DNA from: an uncultured Erythrobacter sp.
GTDB lineage: Bacteria; Pseudomonadota; Alphaproteobacteria; Sphingomonadales; Sphingomonadaceae
Direction: 5' to 3'
Length of the DNA: 64,000 nucleotides
Assembly (NCBI GenBank): GCA_913055155.1
Contig: CAJXJR010000016.1
Span: 19,003-83,002 of the forward strand
Position numbers and translations under genes: made by a program. Numbering within the stretch: position 1 is the stretch's first letter; each line of letters begins with the position of its first letter. Shown piece after piece: positions 27,433-39,036 of this stretch. The notes under the pieces were generated by a model. The model did not search any database. It saw only the letters and a program-made list of their open reading frames with translations, and was not told the origin of the DNA.

Positions 27433-28545
27433 ATGCATGTAGGCATTGGGACGGGATTCGCGCACCAGCGCGGGGATTCCTACGATGGCGCACAGCTGGT
27501 GCGCGAGGAAGTGGACCAGCTGGTTCTGGCGGAAGAACTGGGCTTCGATTCGGTGTGGATCACCGAGCACCACTTCTCCGACTATTCGGTGTCCAACGAC
27601 CCGCTGCAGCTGCTCACCTACCTGGCCGGGCGCACCAAGCGGGTGAAGCTGGGCACCCAGTGCATCATCGTGCCGTGGCACAATCCTGTGCGGCTGGCGG
27701 AGCATATCATCAACCTCGATATCCTGTCGGGCGGGCGCGCCGTGCTGGGCTTTGGCGGCGGGCTGGCGCCGCAGGAATTCGCCGGCCTGGGGATCGACCA
27801 GAACAAGAGCCGCGCGCTTTACAACGATATTCTCGACGTGCTGATCCCGGCGCTGGAAACCGGCGTGATCGAAGGCGAGGGCGCCTTTGGCACCATTCCG
27901 CGCACCGAGCTGATGCCCGGCCCGATCAAGAGCTTCGAAGGGCGCAAGTTCTGCGGCTCGCTGTCGGGCAATTCGATGGTGGCAGCTGCCCGCCACGGCT
28001 TTGGCAACATGGTGCTGATGCTGCCGCAGCGCGGGCAGGAGGCACCGCCCAACCAGTACAAGGAAGTGTGGCAGCAGGTACACAAGGACGGCAGCGAGCC
28101 GCCGCCGCCCATGCTCAGCGGCAATTTCTACATCCACGAGGATGCGGATTACGCCGAGGAACAGGGGCAGAAATACCTCGAGCACACCATGCGTGCGGCG
28201 GTGAAGAACTACAGCCTCGCCAAGCCGGGCACCTTCGCCAATGTGAAGGGCTACGAGCATTACGAGAACATGATGCTGCATTCGCCGGAAGAGGTGGACG
28301 CCTATTGCGAGAAGTTCGGCAAGTCCGCCGTTACCGGCACGCCGCAGATGATCCTCGAGAGGATGTGGGAACTGAAGGAAATCTACCAGCCGCAGGGCTT
28401 CTTCCCGCACGTCTATTTCGGCGGCATGCCGCGCGAGGACGCGGTGCGTTCGATGCGGCTGTTCGCCGAGGAAGTGCTGCCCGAGGTAAAGAGCTGGGAG
28501 GCGGAGACGAGCATCGACGAGCGGTTCATGGAGGCGGCGGAGTAG
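27433..28545 (+). CDS. LLM class flavin-dependent oxidoreductase
   Basis: Luciferase-like monooxygenase sequence (FDSVWITEHHFSDY...). ATG at 27433 is preceded by GGAGAGGAGAG. Confidence 0.8.
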   Translation: MHVGIGTGFAHQRGDSYDGAQLVREEVDQLVLAEELGFDSVWITEHHFSDYSVSNDPLQLLTYLAGRTKRVKLGTQCIIVPWHNPVRLAEHIINLDILSGGRAVLGFGGGLAPQEFAGLGIDQNKSRALYNDILDVLIPALETGVIEGEGAFGTIPRTELMPGPIKSFEGRKFCGSLSGNSMVAAARHGFGNMVLMLPQRGQEAPPNQYKEVWQQVHKDGSEPPPPMLSGNFYIHEDADYAEEQGQKYLEHTMRAAVKNYSLAKPGTFANVKGYEHYENMMLHSPEEVDAYCEKFGKSAVTGTPQMILERMWELKEIYQPQGFFPHVYFGGMPREDAVRSMRLFAEEVLPEVKSWEAETSIDERFMEAAE

Positions 28546-28586
28546 CCGTTGCGTGTTTGCGGGGCGCGGCTTAAAGGCTGCGCCCC

Positions 28587-29854
28587 ATGAGCAAGACCAA
28601 GACTCCTCAGGCCATTCGCGGCACGCAGGATATTTTCGGACCCGACGCTGAGGCCTTTGCCTTCGTCGTCGAGACCTTCGAGCGCGTGCGCAAGCTGTAC
28701 CGTTTCCGCCGCGTGGAAATGCCGGTGTTCGAAAAGACCGAGGTGTTCGCGCGCAGCATCGGCGAGACGACCGATATCGTCTCGAAGGAAATGTATTCGT
28801 TCGAGGATCGCGGCGGGGAAAGCCTGACGCTGCGCCCCGAATTCACCGCCGGGATCGCGCGTGCCTTCCTCACCAACGGCTGGCAGCAGCACGCGCCGCT
28901 GAAACTGGCAACGCACGGCCCGCTGTTCCGCTACGAGCGGCCGCAGAAGGGCCGCTATCGCCAGTTCCACCAGATCGACGCCGAGATCATCGGCGCCGCC
29001 GAGCCGCAGGCCGACGTGGAACTGCTGGCCATGGCCGACCAGGTGATCCGCGAACTGGGCATCACAGACGTGACCCTGCATCTCAACACGCTGGGTGACG
29101 GCGACAGCCGCGAGGCATGGCGGGCGGCGCTGATCGAGTACTTCGGCGCGGTGCGCGGGGAGCTTTCGGAGGATTCGCAGGAGCGGCTGGAGAAGAACCC
29201 GCTGCGCATCCTCGACAGCAAGGATCCGCGCGACCGCAAGTTCGTGGCCGATGCGCCGAAGATCGACCAGTTCCTGTCCGACGACGCGCGCGCCTTCTTC
29301 GATGCCGTCACCAGCGGGCTGGATGCCGCAGGCGTGAAGTGGACGCGCGCCGAAAGCCTGGTGCGCGGGCTGGATTACTACCGCCACACGGCCTTCGAGT
29401 TCATCCCTGACGAAGGCTCGGCAGCCGCCGACGCGCTGGGTAGCCAGAGCACCATTCTTGGCGGCGGCCGCTATGACGGGCTGATGGAATCGCTCGGCGG
29501 TGCGCCCACGCCCGCTGTCGGCTGGGCCGCCGGGATCGAGCGGCTGGCCATGCTGGTCGACTGTGCGAGCGAGCAGGGCGCGGACGTGGCCGTGGTGGCA
29601 GAAAACCGCGACCGCGAAACCGATGCCATCGCGCTGGTCGCCAACCTGCGCCAGCACGGGATCGAGACCGAGATTTTCGCCACCGGCAGCCCGCGCAAGC
29701 GTTTCGACCGCGCACGCAAGACCGATCCGGGGGTCATCATCTCGCTCGATATCCGCGACGGCGAACCCAGTGGCACGCTGAAGAAGCACGGCAGGGTGCC
29801 GGATGCGGTCATGCGGATAGAGGCGCTGTTCGCCAATTCGGGTTTCGAGACACA

Positions 29855-29858
<4 letters not shown>
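28587..29858 (+). CDS. hisS: histidine--tRNA ligase
   Basis: 423 aa with class II aaRS motifs and a HisRS-type N-terminus ([11 protein letters not shown]...). Confidence 0.95.
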
Positions 29859-30922
<1,064 letters not shown>

Positions 30923-30926
30923 CGCC

Positions 30927-31781
30927 ATGGCCGAGGTGGCTGCGACCCTGCGCGAAGCTTCGCGCATGCTGCTGGGCACTTCCGACACGCCGCGCCTCGA
31001 TGCCGAGCTGCTGATGGCCCATGCGCTGGGCGTCTCGCGCTCCGACATGTTGCTGCGTCACCAGCAGGCCACTGCCCCGGCGCGTTTCGCGCAATTCCTG
31101 CAGCGACGCCTCGCGCGCGAGCCGGTGGCTTACATCCTTGGCCGGCAGGAATTCTACGGCCTGACCCTTGCCGTTACGACCGACGTGCTGATCCCGCGCG
31201 GCGACAGCGAGACGATCGTGCGCGTCGCACTGGATGCAGCGCCCCATGCCCGGCGCGTGCTCGACCTTGGCACGGGCTCGGGCGCGCTGTTGCTGGCGGT
31301 GCTGAACGAATTGCCCGAGGCCGAGGGTATTGGTGTGGATGCATCCGAAGCGGCGCTGCAGGTGGCTCGCGCAAACGCTGCCAGCCGCGGCCTTGCCGAA
31401 CGGACCGCCCTGCAGACCGGCGACTGGACGAGGCCCGGCTGGCACGCCGAACTGGGCCGTTTCGACCTCGTCCTCGCCAACCCGCCCTATGTCGAGGACG
31501 GCGCCGAGCTTGACCCCGACGTGCGCGATTTCGAGCCTGCCAGCGCGCTTTTCGCGGGTCCGGAAGGGCTCGACGACTATCGCGTCATCATCCCGCAATT
31601 GCCGCAACTGTTGACGAAAGACGGCGTCGCCGTACTCGAAATCGGCGCAACGCAGGCAAGCCAGGTCTCCGAAATCGCCCGCCAACACGGCTTTACCGCA
31701 ATTGCACACAAGGACCTTGGTGGACGTGACAGGGCGCTGGAATTGCGATTAACACTTGGCAAAGACGAATCGAGTAGCTAA
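30927..31781 (+). CDS. prmC: release factor glutamine N5-methyltransferase
   Basis: NPPY motif (LANPPYV) and SAM motif LDLGTGSG. The gene directly follows prfA. Confidence 0.92.
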   Translation: MAEVAATLREASRMLLGTSDTPRLDAELLMAHALGVSRSDMLLRHQQATAPARFAQFLQRRLAREPVAYILGRQEFYGLTLAVTTDVLIPRGDSETIVRVALDAAPHARRVLDLGTGSGALLLAVLNELPEAEGIGVDASEAALQVARANAASRGLAERTALQTGDWTRPGWHAELGRFDLVLANPPYVEDGAELDPDVRDFEPASALFAGPEGLDDYRVIIPQLPQLLTKDGVAVLEIGATQASQVSEIARQHGFTAIAHKDLGGRDRALELRLTLGKDESSS

Positions 31782-31970
31782 CTCTACGCATAGGTCGACA
31801 GCGCACGGGCGCTGGACCGAACTCCGACATTTGCCGGTACCGCGGTCCCAGGGCCGCAGCGCAAGCACGCAGACAACGGAGAAGAAATACCTCGCGAATG
31901 AGGTGTATTCACGAGGGGTCATATGGCGAAGCGACTTGGATCGTAGCCAGATTGAGGAAGCGAATTTCCC

Positions 31971-32654
31971 TTGAATAGCAATCGAAACAGCAATCGTCGT
32001 CGCGGCCGCGGCAGCAACCGTGGCGGTGGTGGTGGCAACCAGTCCAACCGGATCGATTCCCGCGCGCGTGGCAACGCCCCGCAGCTGCTGGAAAAGTACA
32101 AGAAGCTGGCGCACGAAGCGTCCTTGAACGACGACCGGGTGCAGACCGAATACTACCTGCAGTTCGCCGACCACTACTTCCGCGTCATTGCCGACAACAA
32201 GGCGCAGAAGGAAGAGGCGCAGGCCAAGCGCGCTGCCGAGCGCGAGCAGAACAGGTCCGACGACGACGATAACGACGACGACCAGCAGGATCGTTCGCGT
32301 TCGCGTCGCGGCAACCCGCGCAAGGGTCGTGGCAACGATGCCGAGCCGCAGGAAGGCGTCGAAGGCGCATCGGGCGACCAGGAAGATGACGACAATCCCT
32401 TCACCCGCGACGACCGCGGCAAGAAGCCGCGCAAGGCCACGCGCAAGCGCAAGCCGGAAAGCGATGAAGGTGACGACGGCGATGATGACGAGGGCGGTCT
32501 CGATCCCGATATGCTGCCGCCCGCCATCGCGCGCGGTTCGGACGAGGGCGACGATGGCGACGAGGATGCAAAGCCCCGCCGCAAGCCCGCGCGTTCGCGG
32601 CGCAAGCAGTCCGACGACGATGATGGCGAAGAGGCTCTCGAAGCCGTCAACTGA
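31971..32654 (+). CDS. DUF4167 domain-containing protein
   Basis: N-terminal RG/N-rich tract followed by GNAPQLLEKYKKLAHEA...EYYLQFADHYFRV and an acidic/basic low-complexity tail. TTG start with GAGGAAG 11 nt upstream. Confidence 0.8.
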   Translation: MNSNRNSNRRRGRGSNRGGGGGNQSNRIDSRARGNAPQLLEKYKKLAHEASLNDDRVQTEYYLQFADHYFRVIADNKAQKEEAQAKRAAEREQNRSDDDDNDDDQQDRSRSRRGNPRKGRGNDAEPQEGVEGASGDQEDDDNPFTRDDRGKKPRKATRKRKPESDEGDDGDDDEGGLDPDMLPPAIARGSDEGDDGDEDAKPRRKPARSRRKQSDDDDGEEALEAVN

Positions 32655-32698
32655 TACCGGCGGTTGAAGCGAAGGCAGGCGGGCGGGAGCTGACGGCG

Positions 32699-34306
32699 AT
32701 GGCCAGCGGGAAAACTGTCCTCGACCCCCTGCTGGCGCGATCGCGGCTGGCGGCCCTGCTGCTTGGCCTGCTTTCCGCAACCGGATTCCAGCCCCTGGGC
32801 CTGTGGCCGGTCGCGCTGCTGGCCATGGGGCTGTTTGCCGTTCTGGCGGCCCGGGCCACCACACCGCTGCGCGCCTTCGGACTGGGCTGGCTGTTCGGCC
32901 TGGCGCACTTCACGCTGGGCAACAACTGGATCGCCACGGCCTTTACCTACCAGTCGGAAATGCCCGCCATTCTCGGCTGGGCCGCGGTGCCACTGCTGTC
33001 GCTCTATCTTGCCGTCTACCCCGCGCTTGCCGCGCTGCTGGCGCGCCTGCTGGTGAAACGCGGCTCTGGCCAGGGAAGTCCGAATTGGGCCTTTGCTCTG
33101 GTCTTTGCGGCGGCATGGATCGTCACCGAATGGATGCGCGGCTGGGTCTTCACCGGCTATGCCTGGAATCCCTTTGCCATGGCGCTGCTGGGCCCGTTCG
33201 ACCGGCCGGGGCTGGCTGCGATCGCGCCGGTGATGGGCACCTATGCGTTGTCCGGCCTTGCCGTGCTGCTGGGCTGCGCGCTGGTGCTGCTGCTGCGCGA
33301 GCGCAACTGGCTGGCCGGCGGGGCGCTGGCGGCCTTGCTGCTGGCGGGCATGTACTGGCCTGCGGGTGCGCCGCATGACAGCGATCTGCAAGTCACCATC
33401 GCCCAGCCCGATATCCGGCAGGAGACGCTGTCCGATCCGCAGTATTACGAGGACCACTTCACCCGCCTTGCCCAGCTTTCCCCCCGGCTGGAGGAAAGCG
33501 AGGAACCGCGTATCGTGCTGTGGCCCGAAAGCGGCATGGTGGACTACCTGCGCGAAGGCTATCCGCAGCGCTACTACGATCGCACCACCGCACTGGGCAG
33601 CCCGATCTATGCGCGCCGCCGACTGGGCGCGACCGTGGGCGAAGGCTCGGTCTTGCTGACCGGCGCAGTCGACCTCGAGATCGGACCGGACGAGACCGGC
33701 TGGGTACGCGCGCTGGGCGCGCGCAACGCGGTGACGGCAGTGAGTGCAGACGGCGAGCTGCTGGGCGGCTATGCCAAGGCGCACCTGGTGCCTTATGGCG
33801 AATACCTGCCCATGCGCGAATGGCTGGAGCCGCTGGGCCTGTCGCGGCTGGTGGCGGGCAGCATCGACTTCTGGCCCGGGCCGGGACCGCGTACGCTGGA
33901 CCTTGGCGCGCAAGGGCGGGCCGGGGTGCAGATCTGCTACGAGATCGTGTTTGCGGGCGACGTGACCGAGCCCGACAATCGGCCCGACTATATCTTCAAC
34001 CCATCGAACGACGGCTGGTTCGGCGCCTTCGGCCCGCCGCAGCACCTGGCCCAGGCCCGCATGCGCGCGATCGAGCAAGGCCTGCCCGTGCTGCGCGCCA
34101 CCACCACCGGCATCAGCGCGGTGATCGACGCGCGCGGCGTGGTGCGCGACTACCTTGGCCAGCATGTGCGCGGGCGGATCGATACCGTGGTGCCGCAGGC
34201 TACGCCGCCGACGCTGTTCGCCCGTTTCGGCAACGTGCTGTCGCTTGGCTGGGCAGTCTTGCTGCTGGCGGCGGGTTTGGTTGCAATGCGCAAGAGGCAC
34301 AGTTAG
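32699..34306 (+). CDS. lnt: apolipoprotein N-acyltransferase
   Basis: 535 aa with an N-terminal multi-TM region and a C-terminal CN-hydrolase domain (VQICYEIVF). Confidence 0.92.
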   Translation: MASGKTVLDPLLARSRLAALLLGLLSATGFQPLGLWPVALLAMGLFAVLAARATTPLRAFGLGWLFGLAHFTLGNNWIATAFTYQSEMPAILGWAAVPLLSLYLAVYPALAALLARLLVKRGSGQGSPNWAFALVFAAAWIVTEWMRGWVFTGYAWNPFAMALLGPFDRPGLAAIAPVMGTYALSGLAVLLGCALVLLLRERNWLAGGALAALLLAGMYWPAGAPHDSDLQVTIAQPDIRQETLSDPQYYEDHFTRLAQLSPRLEESEEPRIVLWPESGMVDYLREGYPQRYYDRTTALGSPIYARRRLGATVGEGSVLLTGAVDLEIGPDETGWVRALGARNAVTAVSADGELLGGYAKAHLVPYGEYLPMREWLEPLGLSRLVAGSIDFWPGPGPRTLDLGAQGRAGVQICYEIVFAGDVTEPDNRPDYIFNPSNDGWFGAFGPPQHLAQARMRAIEQGLPVLRATTTGISAVIDARGVVRDYLGQHVRGRIDTVVPQATPPTLFARFGNVLSLGWAVLLLAAGLVAMRKRHS

Positions 34307-34353
34307 AGCCCGCGCTGAACCATCAGTGTTTTTACGAGAAGGCAATCTCCAAC

Positions 34354-35562
34354 ATGCGCCAATCCTACCTGTTCACCTCCGAAAGTGTTTCCGAAGGTCA
34401 TCCGGACAAGGTGTCCGACCAGATTTCCGATGCCATTGTCGACCTGTTCCTGTCGAAGGACCCCGAAGCGCGCGTTGCTTGCGAAACGCTGACGACGACG
34501 CAGCGCGTGGTGCTGGCCGGCGAAATCCGCGGCAAGGGCATCATCGAGGGCGACGAGTGGGCACCGGGTATCGAGCAGGAGATCGAGGACACGGTGCGCA
34601 ATACCGTGCGCGACATCGGGTACGAGCAGGACGGCTTCCACTGGAAAACGCTGACCTTCGAGAATTACCTCCACGGCCAGAGCGCGCACATCGCGCAGGG
34701 CGTGGATGCCAGCGGCAACAAGGACGAAGGCGCGGGTGACCAGGGCATCATGTTCGGCTTTGCCTGCGACGAGACACCCGACCTTATGCCCGCGCCGATC
34801 GACTACAGCCACAAGATCCTCCAGCAGATGGCCACCGACCGCAAGAACGGCACTGCCCCGTTCCTGGAGCCGGACAGCAAGAGCCAGGTCACCCTGCGCT
34901 ATGAAAACGGCAAGCCGGTCGCCTGCACCGCCGTGGTGGTCTCCACCCAGCACGCGCCGGGCTATGACGAAGGCGAGAAGGAAGCCGAGCTGCGCGCCTA
35001 TGTGAAGGGCGTGGTGGGCAAGATCCTGCCCGAAGGCTTCATCACCGACGAGACCGTATGGCACATCAACCCCACCGGTAGCTTCGAGATCGGTGGTCCC
35101 GATGGCGATGCCGGCCTGACCGGGCGCAAGATCATCGTCGATACCTATGGCGGCGCGGCCCCGCACGGCGGCGGCGCCTTTTCCGGCAAGGACCCGACAA
35201 AGGTGGACCGCAGCGCGGCATACATCACTCGCCACCTGGCGAAGAACGTCGTCGCGGCGGGCCTGGCCAGCAAGTGCACCATCCAGATCGCCTATGCCAT
35301 CGGCGTGTCGCAGCCGCTGTCGCTCTATGTCGATACCCACGGCACCGGCACGGTGGCCGATGAAAAGATCGAGGACGCGATTCGCGGGATCGAGAAGCTG
35401 GGCGGCCTGACCCCGCGTGGCATCCGCACCTACCTTGGCCTGAACAAGCCGATCTATGCCACCAGCGCTGCCTATGGCCACTTCGGTCGCCAGGCGGAAG
35501 GCGACCTGTTCCCCTGGGAGCGTACCGATCTTGCCGCGGACCTGAAGGCCGCGCTCGCGTAA
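34354..35562 (+). CDS. metK: S-adenosylmethionine synthase
   Basis: [22 protein letters not shown] and [10 protein letters not shown] motifs. ATG at 34354. The upstream part of track ORF 33520..35562 is spurious. Confidence 0.96.
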   Translation: MRQSYLFTSESVSEGHPDKVSDQISDAIVDLFLSKDPEARVACETLTTTQRVVLAGEIRGKGIIEGDEWAPGIEQEIEDTVRNTVRDIGYEQDGFHWKTLTFENYLHGQSAHIAQGVDASGNKDEGAGDQGIMFGFACDETPDLMPAPIDYSHKILQQMATDRKNGTAPFLEPDSKSQVTLRYENGKPVACTAVVVSTQHAPGYDEGEKEAELRAYVKGVVGKILPEGFITDETVWHINPTGSFEIGGPDGDAGLTGRKIIVDTYGGAAPHGGGAFSGKDPTKVDRSAAYITRHLAKNVVAAGLASKCTIQIAYAIGVSQPLSLYVDTHGTGTVADEKIEDAIRGIEKLGGLTPRGIRTYLGLNKPIYATSAAYGHFGRQAEGDLFPWERTDLAADLKAALA

Positions 35563-35574
35563 GGAGATGAGGGC

Positions 35575-36834
35575 GTGAGCGTTTCGGGCACTGCCCTGAC
35601 CGCCGCGCCTTCTGCAAAGCACCGGATCGAGGCGCTCGACGCGCTGCGCGGGCTGGCCGTCATCGGCATTGCGCTGATGAATGTGATCGCGTTTGCCATG
35701 CCCGCCAACGCCTATCTCAACCCGCGCGTGTGGGGCGGCACCGATGTGCTGGAAACCACGCTGTGGGCGCTTGGCTTCGTGTTCGTGGAAGACAAGTTTC
35801 GCGCGCTGTTCGCGATGATGTTCGGCGCGGGCGTGGCCATCCTGCTGGGCAAGGACGTGCCCCATCCACTGCGTTCGCATTATGCCCGCATGGCAGTGCT
35901 GCTGGCGATCGGCCTGGCGCATGCGGTGCTGCTGGCCAACAACGACGTGCTGCGGATCTATGCCGTGTGCGGCCTGCTGTTGCCGATCGCTGCGCGCTGG
36001 CCGACACGGCGTCTGCTGTGGGCTGCCGTGCTGCTGCTGGCGGGGCAGCTGGCCGTATCGGGCTGGTTCGCCTGGGGCTGGCTGCACTACTGGTACCAGT
36101 ATGCCAGCGGTATGCCCGTGGACCTTGCCGCCCGCGACATGGCCGAGCGCACCTATGGCGGCCATCCGGACACCATCGCCTACAGCCTGGCGCAAGGCGC
36201 GGAGAGCTTTGCCGGGCGGCTGGCGCGGCGCCTGTCGGACTTGCCGATGCAAGGCCGCTTCATCGTCGCCTCCATGCCTTCGGCGCTGGCCGCTATGCTG
36301 CTGGGCATGGCGCTGTGGCGCAGCGGCCTGCTGGCGGGCAAATGGGACGCGGCGCGCGCCCGGCGGCTGGCGCGAAATTGCGCGCTTGCCAGCCTCCCCG
36401 TGCTGCTGGCGCTGGCCGCGTGGGACATTCTCAGCGGCTTCGATGCCATCGTGACGGCGGCGAACGCCATCGTCATTTCCGCCCCGTTCGACGTGGTATT
36501 GGGCGCCGGCTACGCCGCGCTTGCCATGGCGCTGTTCGGCGGCGCCCTGAAAGACCGTGCCATCACCCGTCGCCTTGCCGCAGTGGGACGGCTGGCGCTG
36601 ACCAATTACCTTGCCACCAGCCTGGTGTTCGCGGCGATGTTCGCCAGTTGGGGGCTGGGCCTGTTCGGCGAAGTGTCGCGCGGCCCTATACTGTTGCTGG
36701 CGCTGGTGCCGATTGCGCTGATGCTGGCGTGGTCGCCAATGTGGCTCGCCCGATTCCGGCAAGGCCCGGCAGAGTGGGCGTGGCGCAGCCTCGCGGGGCT
36801 CAGGGCACTGCCGTTCCGGCGGCGGGAGACCTGA
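35575..36834 (+). CDS. DUF418 (YeiB-like) membrane protein
   Basis: IEALDALRGLAVIGIALMN... is an N-terminus typical of the YeiB/DUF418 family. The protein is multi-TM with a GTG start. Confidence 0.75.
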   Translation: MSVSGTALTAAPSAKHRIEALDALRGLAVIGIALMNVIAFAMPANAYLNPRVWGGTDVLETTLWALGFVFVEDKFRALFAMMFGAGVAILLGKDVPHPLRSHYARMAVLLAIGLAHAVLLANNDVLRIYAVCGLLLPIAARWPTRRLLWAAVLLLAGQLAVSGWFAWGWLHYWYQYASGMPVDLAARDMAERTYGGHPDTIAYSLAQGAESFAGRLARRLSDLPMQGRFIVASMPSALAAMLLGMALWRSGLLAGKWDAARARRLARNCALASLPVLLALAAWDILSGFDAIVTAANAIVISAPFDVVLGAGYAALAMALFGGALKDRAITRRLAAVGRLALTNYLATSLVFAAMFASWGLGLFGEVSRGPILLLALVPIALMLAWSPMWLARFRQGPAEWAWRSLAGLRALPFRRRET

Positions 36835-38080
36835 CCGAAGCCATGTCGGCAGGCAGCTTGCGCGCGGCCATGAAATAGTGCGCCGAGGCCCACAGGTAAG
36901 CCAGGCCCGTTATCGCCATCGCCGTGGCCAGCCCGCGCGCTGCGCCCATTTCCACCGACAGGCTGTCGCTCAGCCAGCCCAGCAGCGAGGGGCCCAGTCC
37001 GCCCGCCACGCCGTAGACGCCGTTGAGGATCGCCGCTGCCGTGGCCCGCATGCGCGGGTGCATCAGGTTCTGCAATGTGGCGTAGGTGATGCCGAGGTAG
37101 CCGAAGTTGAGGAAGGTCGCCACGCTGACCAGCCCCAGCAGCAGGGGCAGCTGTTGCTGGAATATGGCGAAGGCATACAGCGGCCCACCCAGCAGCAGCG
37201 ATATCGCCGGGATCAGCGCATAGGCGCGCGGGCTGCCTTCGCCAAAGCGGTCACCCAGCCAGCCGCTGCCTACCACCGAAAGCGCGGCGGGCAGGCTGGC
37301 GATCAGGCCGGCGTAAAGCCCTGCCTCGGCCAACCCTACCTCGAATTCGCGCACCATCAGGCTGGCGAAGAAGAAGTTGAGGCCGAAGCCCAGCATGGCC
37401 GCGAGCGCCGAGCCGATCACCAGGTTGCGCGCGCTGGGCAGGCGGAACAGCCGGCCGAGCACGGCAGAAACCGGCGGCACATCGTCGCTGGCGCCCGGAT
37501 CGTGCTGGCCGCGCCTGGGCTCGCCGACGAAGAACCAGGCGACAAAGCCCATCACCAGGCCCGGGATGGCGGCGATCAGGAAGGTCATCCGCCAGCCGAA
37601 TTCCTGCGCGATCCAGCCGCCCCCGACAAAGCCGATGAAGGCGCCCAGCGGCGGGGAAAGGAGCAGGCAGGAAATCGCGAAACCGCGCTTGTTGGCGGGG
37701 AAATAGTCGGCCACCACCGACTGGTTGCCCGGCAGGCCGATCGCCTCGCCAAGCCCCACGCCCATGCGCGCCACCAGCAGCTGCACCCAGCTGCCCGCCC
37801 AGCCGCAGGCTGCCGTGGCGCTGGACCAGAAAATGGTGCCGAAGGAAATCAGCGTCAGCCGCCGCACCCGTTCGGCAATACGCGCCACCACCAGCCCGGC
37901 GCCTATGTTCAGCAAGGCAAAAGCCCAGGCCATCAGCGAAACCTGTGCGTCCGACAGGCCGAACTCGGCCTTCACCGGCTCCACCAGCACGTTCACCACG
38001 ATGCGGTCGATAAAGCCCACCGTGGCGATCGATGCGATCACCACCAGCGCCAGCCATGGCGATTTGCTGCGTGTCTGCAT
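36800..38080 (-). CDS. MFS transporter
   Basis: 426 aa with ~12 TM segments and an MFS signature loop (GWLGDRFG). The 3' end overlaps the convergent DUF418 gene by 35 nt. Confidence 0.8.
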   Translation of the reverse strand: MQTRSKSPWLALVVIASIATVGFIDRIVVNVLVEPVKAEFGLSDAQVSLMAWAFALLNIGAGLVVARIAERVRRLTLISFGTIFWSSATAACGWAGSWVQLLVARMGVGLGEAIGLPGNQSVVADYFPANKRGFAISCLLLSPPLGAFIGFVGGGWIAQEFGWRMTFLIAAIPGLVMGFVAWFFVGEPRRGQHDPGASDDVPPVSAVLGRLFRLPSARNLVIGSALAAMLGFGLNFFFASLMVREFEVGLAEAGLYAGLIASLPAALSVVGSGWLGDRFGEGSPRAYALIPAISLLLGGPLYAFAIFQQQLPLLLGLVSVATFLNFGYLGITYATLQNLMHPRMRATAAAILNGVYGVAGGLGPSLLGWLSDSLSVEMGAARGLATAMAITGLAYLWASAHYFMAARKLPADMASVRSPAAGTAVP

Positions 38081-38222
38081 GTCCTCTCCCGTTGCCTGCT
38101 TCTAGCACGCCGCGGGCACAGCGGAAGGCAGCAAAAGCGGCCTGTCGCGGTGAACGGCAATTCTGGTTCTGCAGCACGCAAAGGCGTATACCCGACTCGG
38201 GCCGGAGTGAGAGGAGACGACG

Positions 38223-38960
38223 ATGATCGAGATTACGATCTCTGATGCAGGTATTGCCGAAGTCGAATTCGAAGGCGCGCTGACCAGCGAAGATTTCGCG
38301 AAGGTTCGCGCTACCATCGATGACTACATCAACCGGCACGACCGCGTGCCCAATATCCTGATCCACATGCACGCCATGGTGCACTGGGACAGTCCGAAGG
38401 CCTTGCAGGACCATTTCGAGCTGGTGAAGGATCACCACAAGCTGGTGCAGAAGCTGGCCGTGGTTGGCGACAATCCGCTGCTGGCCGTGGTGCCCGAAAT
38501 GGCCGACCATTTCGTGAAGGCGAAGATCCGTCGCTTCCCGGAAAGCAAGCTGGCAGAGGCCCGCGCGTGGCTGGAGAGCGAGGGCGACGAGCCGGGTACG
38601 TTCGAACTGCTCGATGGGTTCCCCGACGACGTGGTGGCGGTGCAGGCGAAGGGCATCATCACCGGCAAGGCCTATGCCGACAAGCTCGTGCCGCTGATGG
38701 ACGCCAAGCTGGAAAAGCACGACCGCATCAAGTGCATGCTGGTGGTGGACGAGCAGTTCATCGCCTACACCGGCGAGGCCGCATGGAACGACATGCTGCT
38801 GGGTGTGCGCCACTGGAACAGGTTCGAACGCATCGCGGTGGTGACCGACATCGGCTGGCTGCGCATGTCGCTGCGCGTGTTCACGCCGCTGGTGCCGACC
38901 GAGTTCAAGCTGTTCGATCTGGCCCAGCTGGACGAGGCCAGGAGCTGGATCAAGCGCTAG
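38223..38960 (+). CDS. tandem STAS/SEC14-like (SpoIIAA-like, DUF3478) domain protein
   Basis: Two ~120-aa halves each match the single-domain family, for example HWNRFERIAVVTDIGWLR in half 2 and HHKLVQKLAVVGDNPLL in half 1. Confidence 0.75.
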   Translation: MIEITISDAGIAEVEFEGALTSEDFAKVRATIDDYINRHDRVPNILIHMHAMVHWDSPKALQDHFELVKDHHKLVQKLAVVGDNPLLAVVPEMADHFVKAKIRRFPESKLAEARAWLESEGDEPGTFELLDGFPDDVVAVQAKGIITGKAYADKLVPLMDAKLEKHDRIKCMLVVDEQFIAYTGEAAWNDMLLGVRHWNRFERIAVVTDIGWLRMSLRVFTPLVPTEFKLFDLAQLDEARSWIKR

Positions 38961-39036
38961 GAGGGGCAGCCTTGGGCATGGAGCATCGCAGATAGCGCAG
39001 CAACAGGCAGCCAGGGCGCCGCAGCTTCGCCACCGC

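Noticed and set aside
31749-32864. ORF 31749..32864 (-, 371 aa) and several + frame ORFs over the DUF4167 gene
   Set aside because: The low-complexity GC-rich repeat region keeps several frames open. Only the + frame starting at 31971 has the conserved DUF4167 N-terminal domain.
34307-34353. SAM riboswitch upstream of metK
   Set aside because: Only 47 nt separate lnt and metK. There is a short CGCTGA-acca-TCAGTG stem followed by TTTTT (34313-34333), which might be a weak lnt terminator. I see no room or conserved motifs for SAM-II, SAM-V or SAM-SAH elements.
32174-36762. Long ORFs 32174..34345 (-, 723 aa) and 34303..36762 (-, 819 aa)
   Set aside because: They are antisense to lnt, metK and the DUF418 gene. 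The composition is shadow-like and no domains are recognisable.
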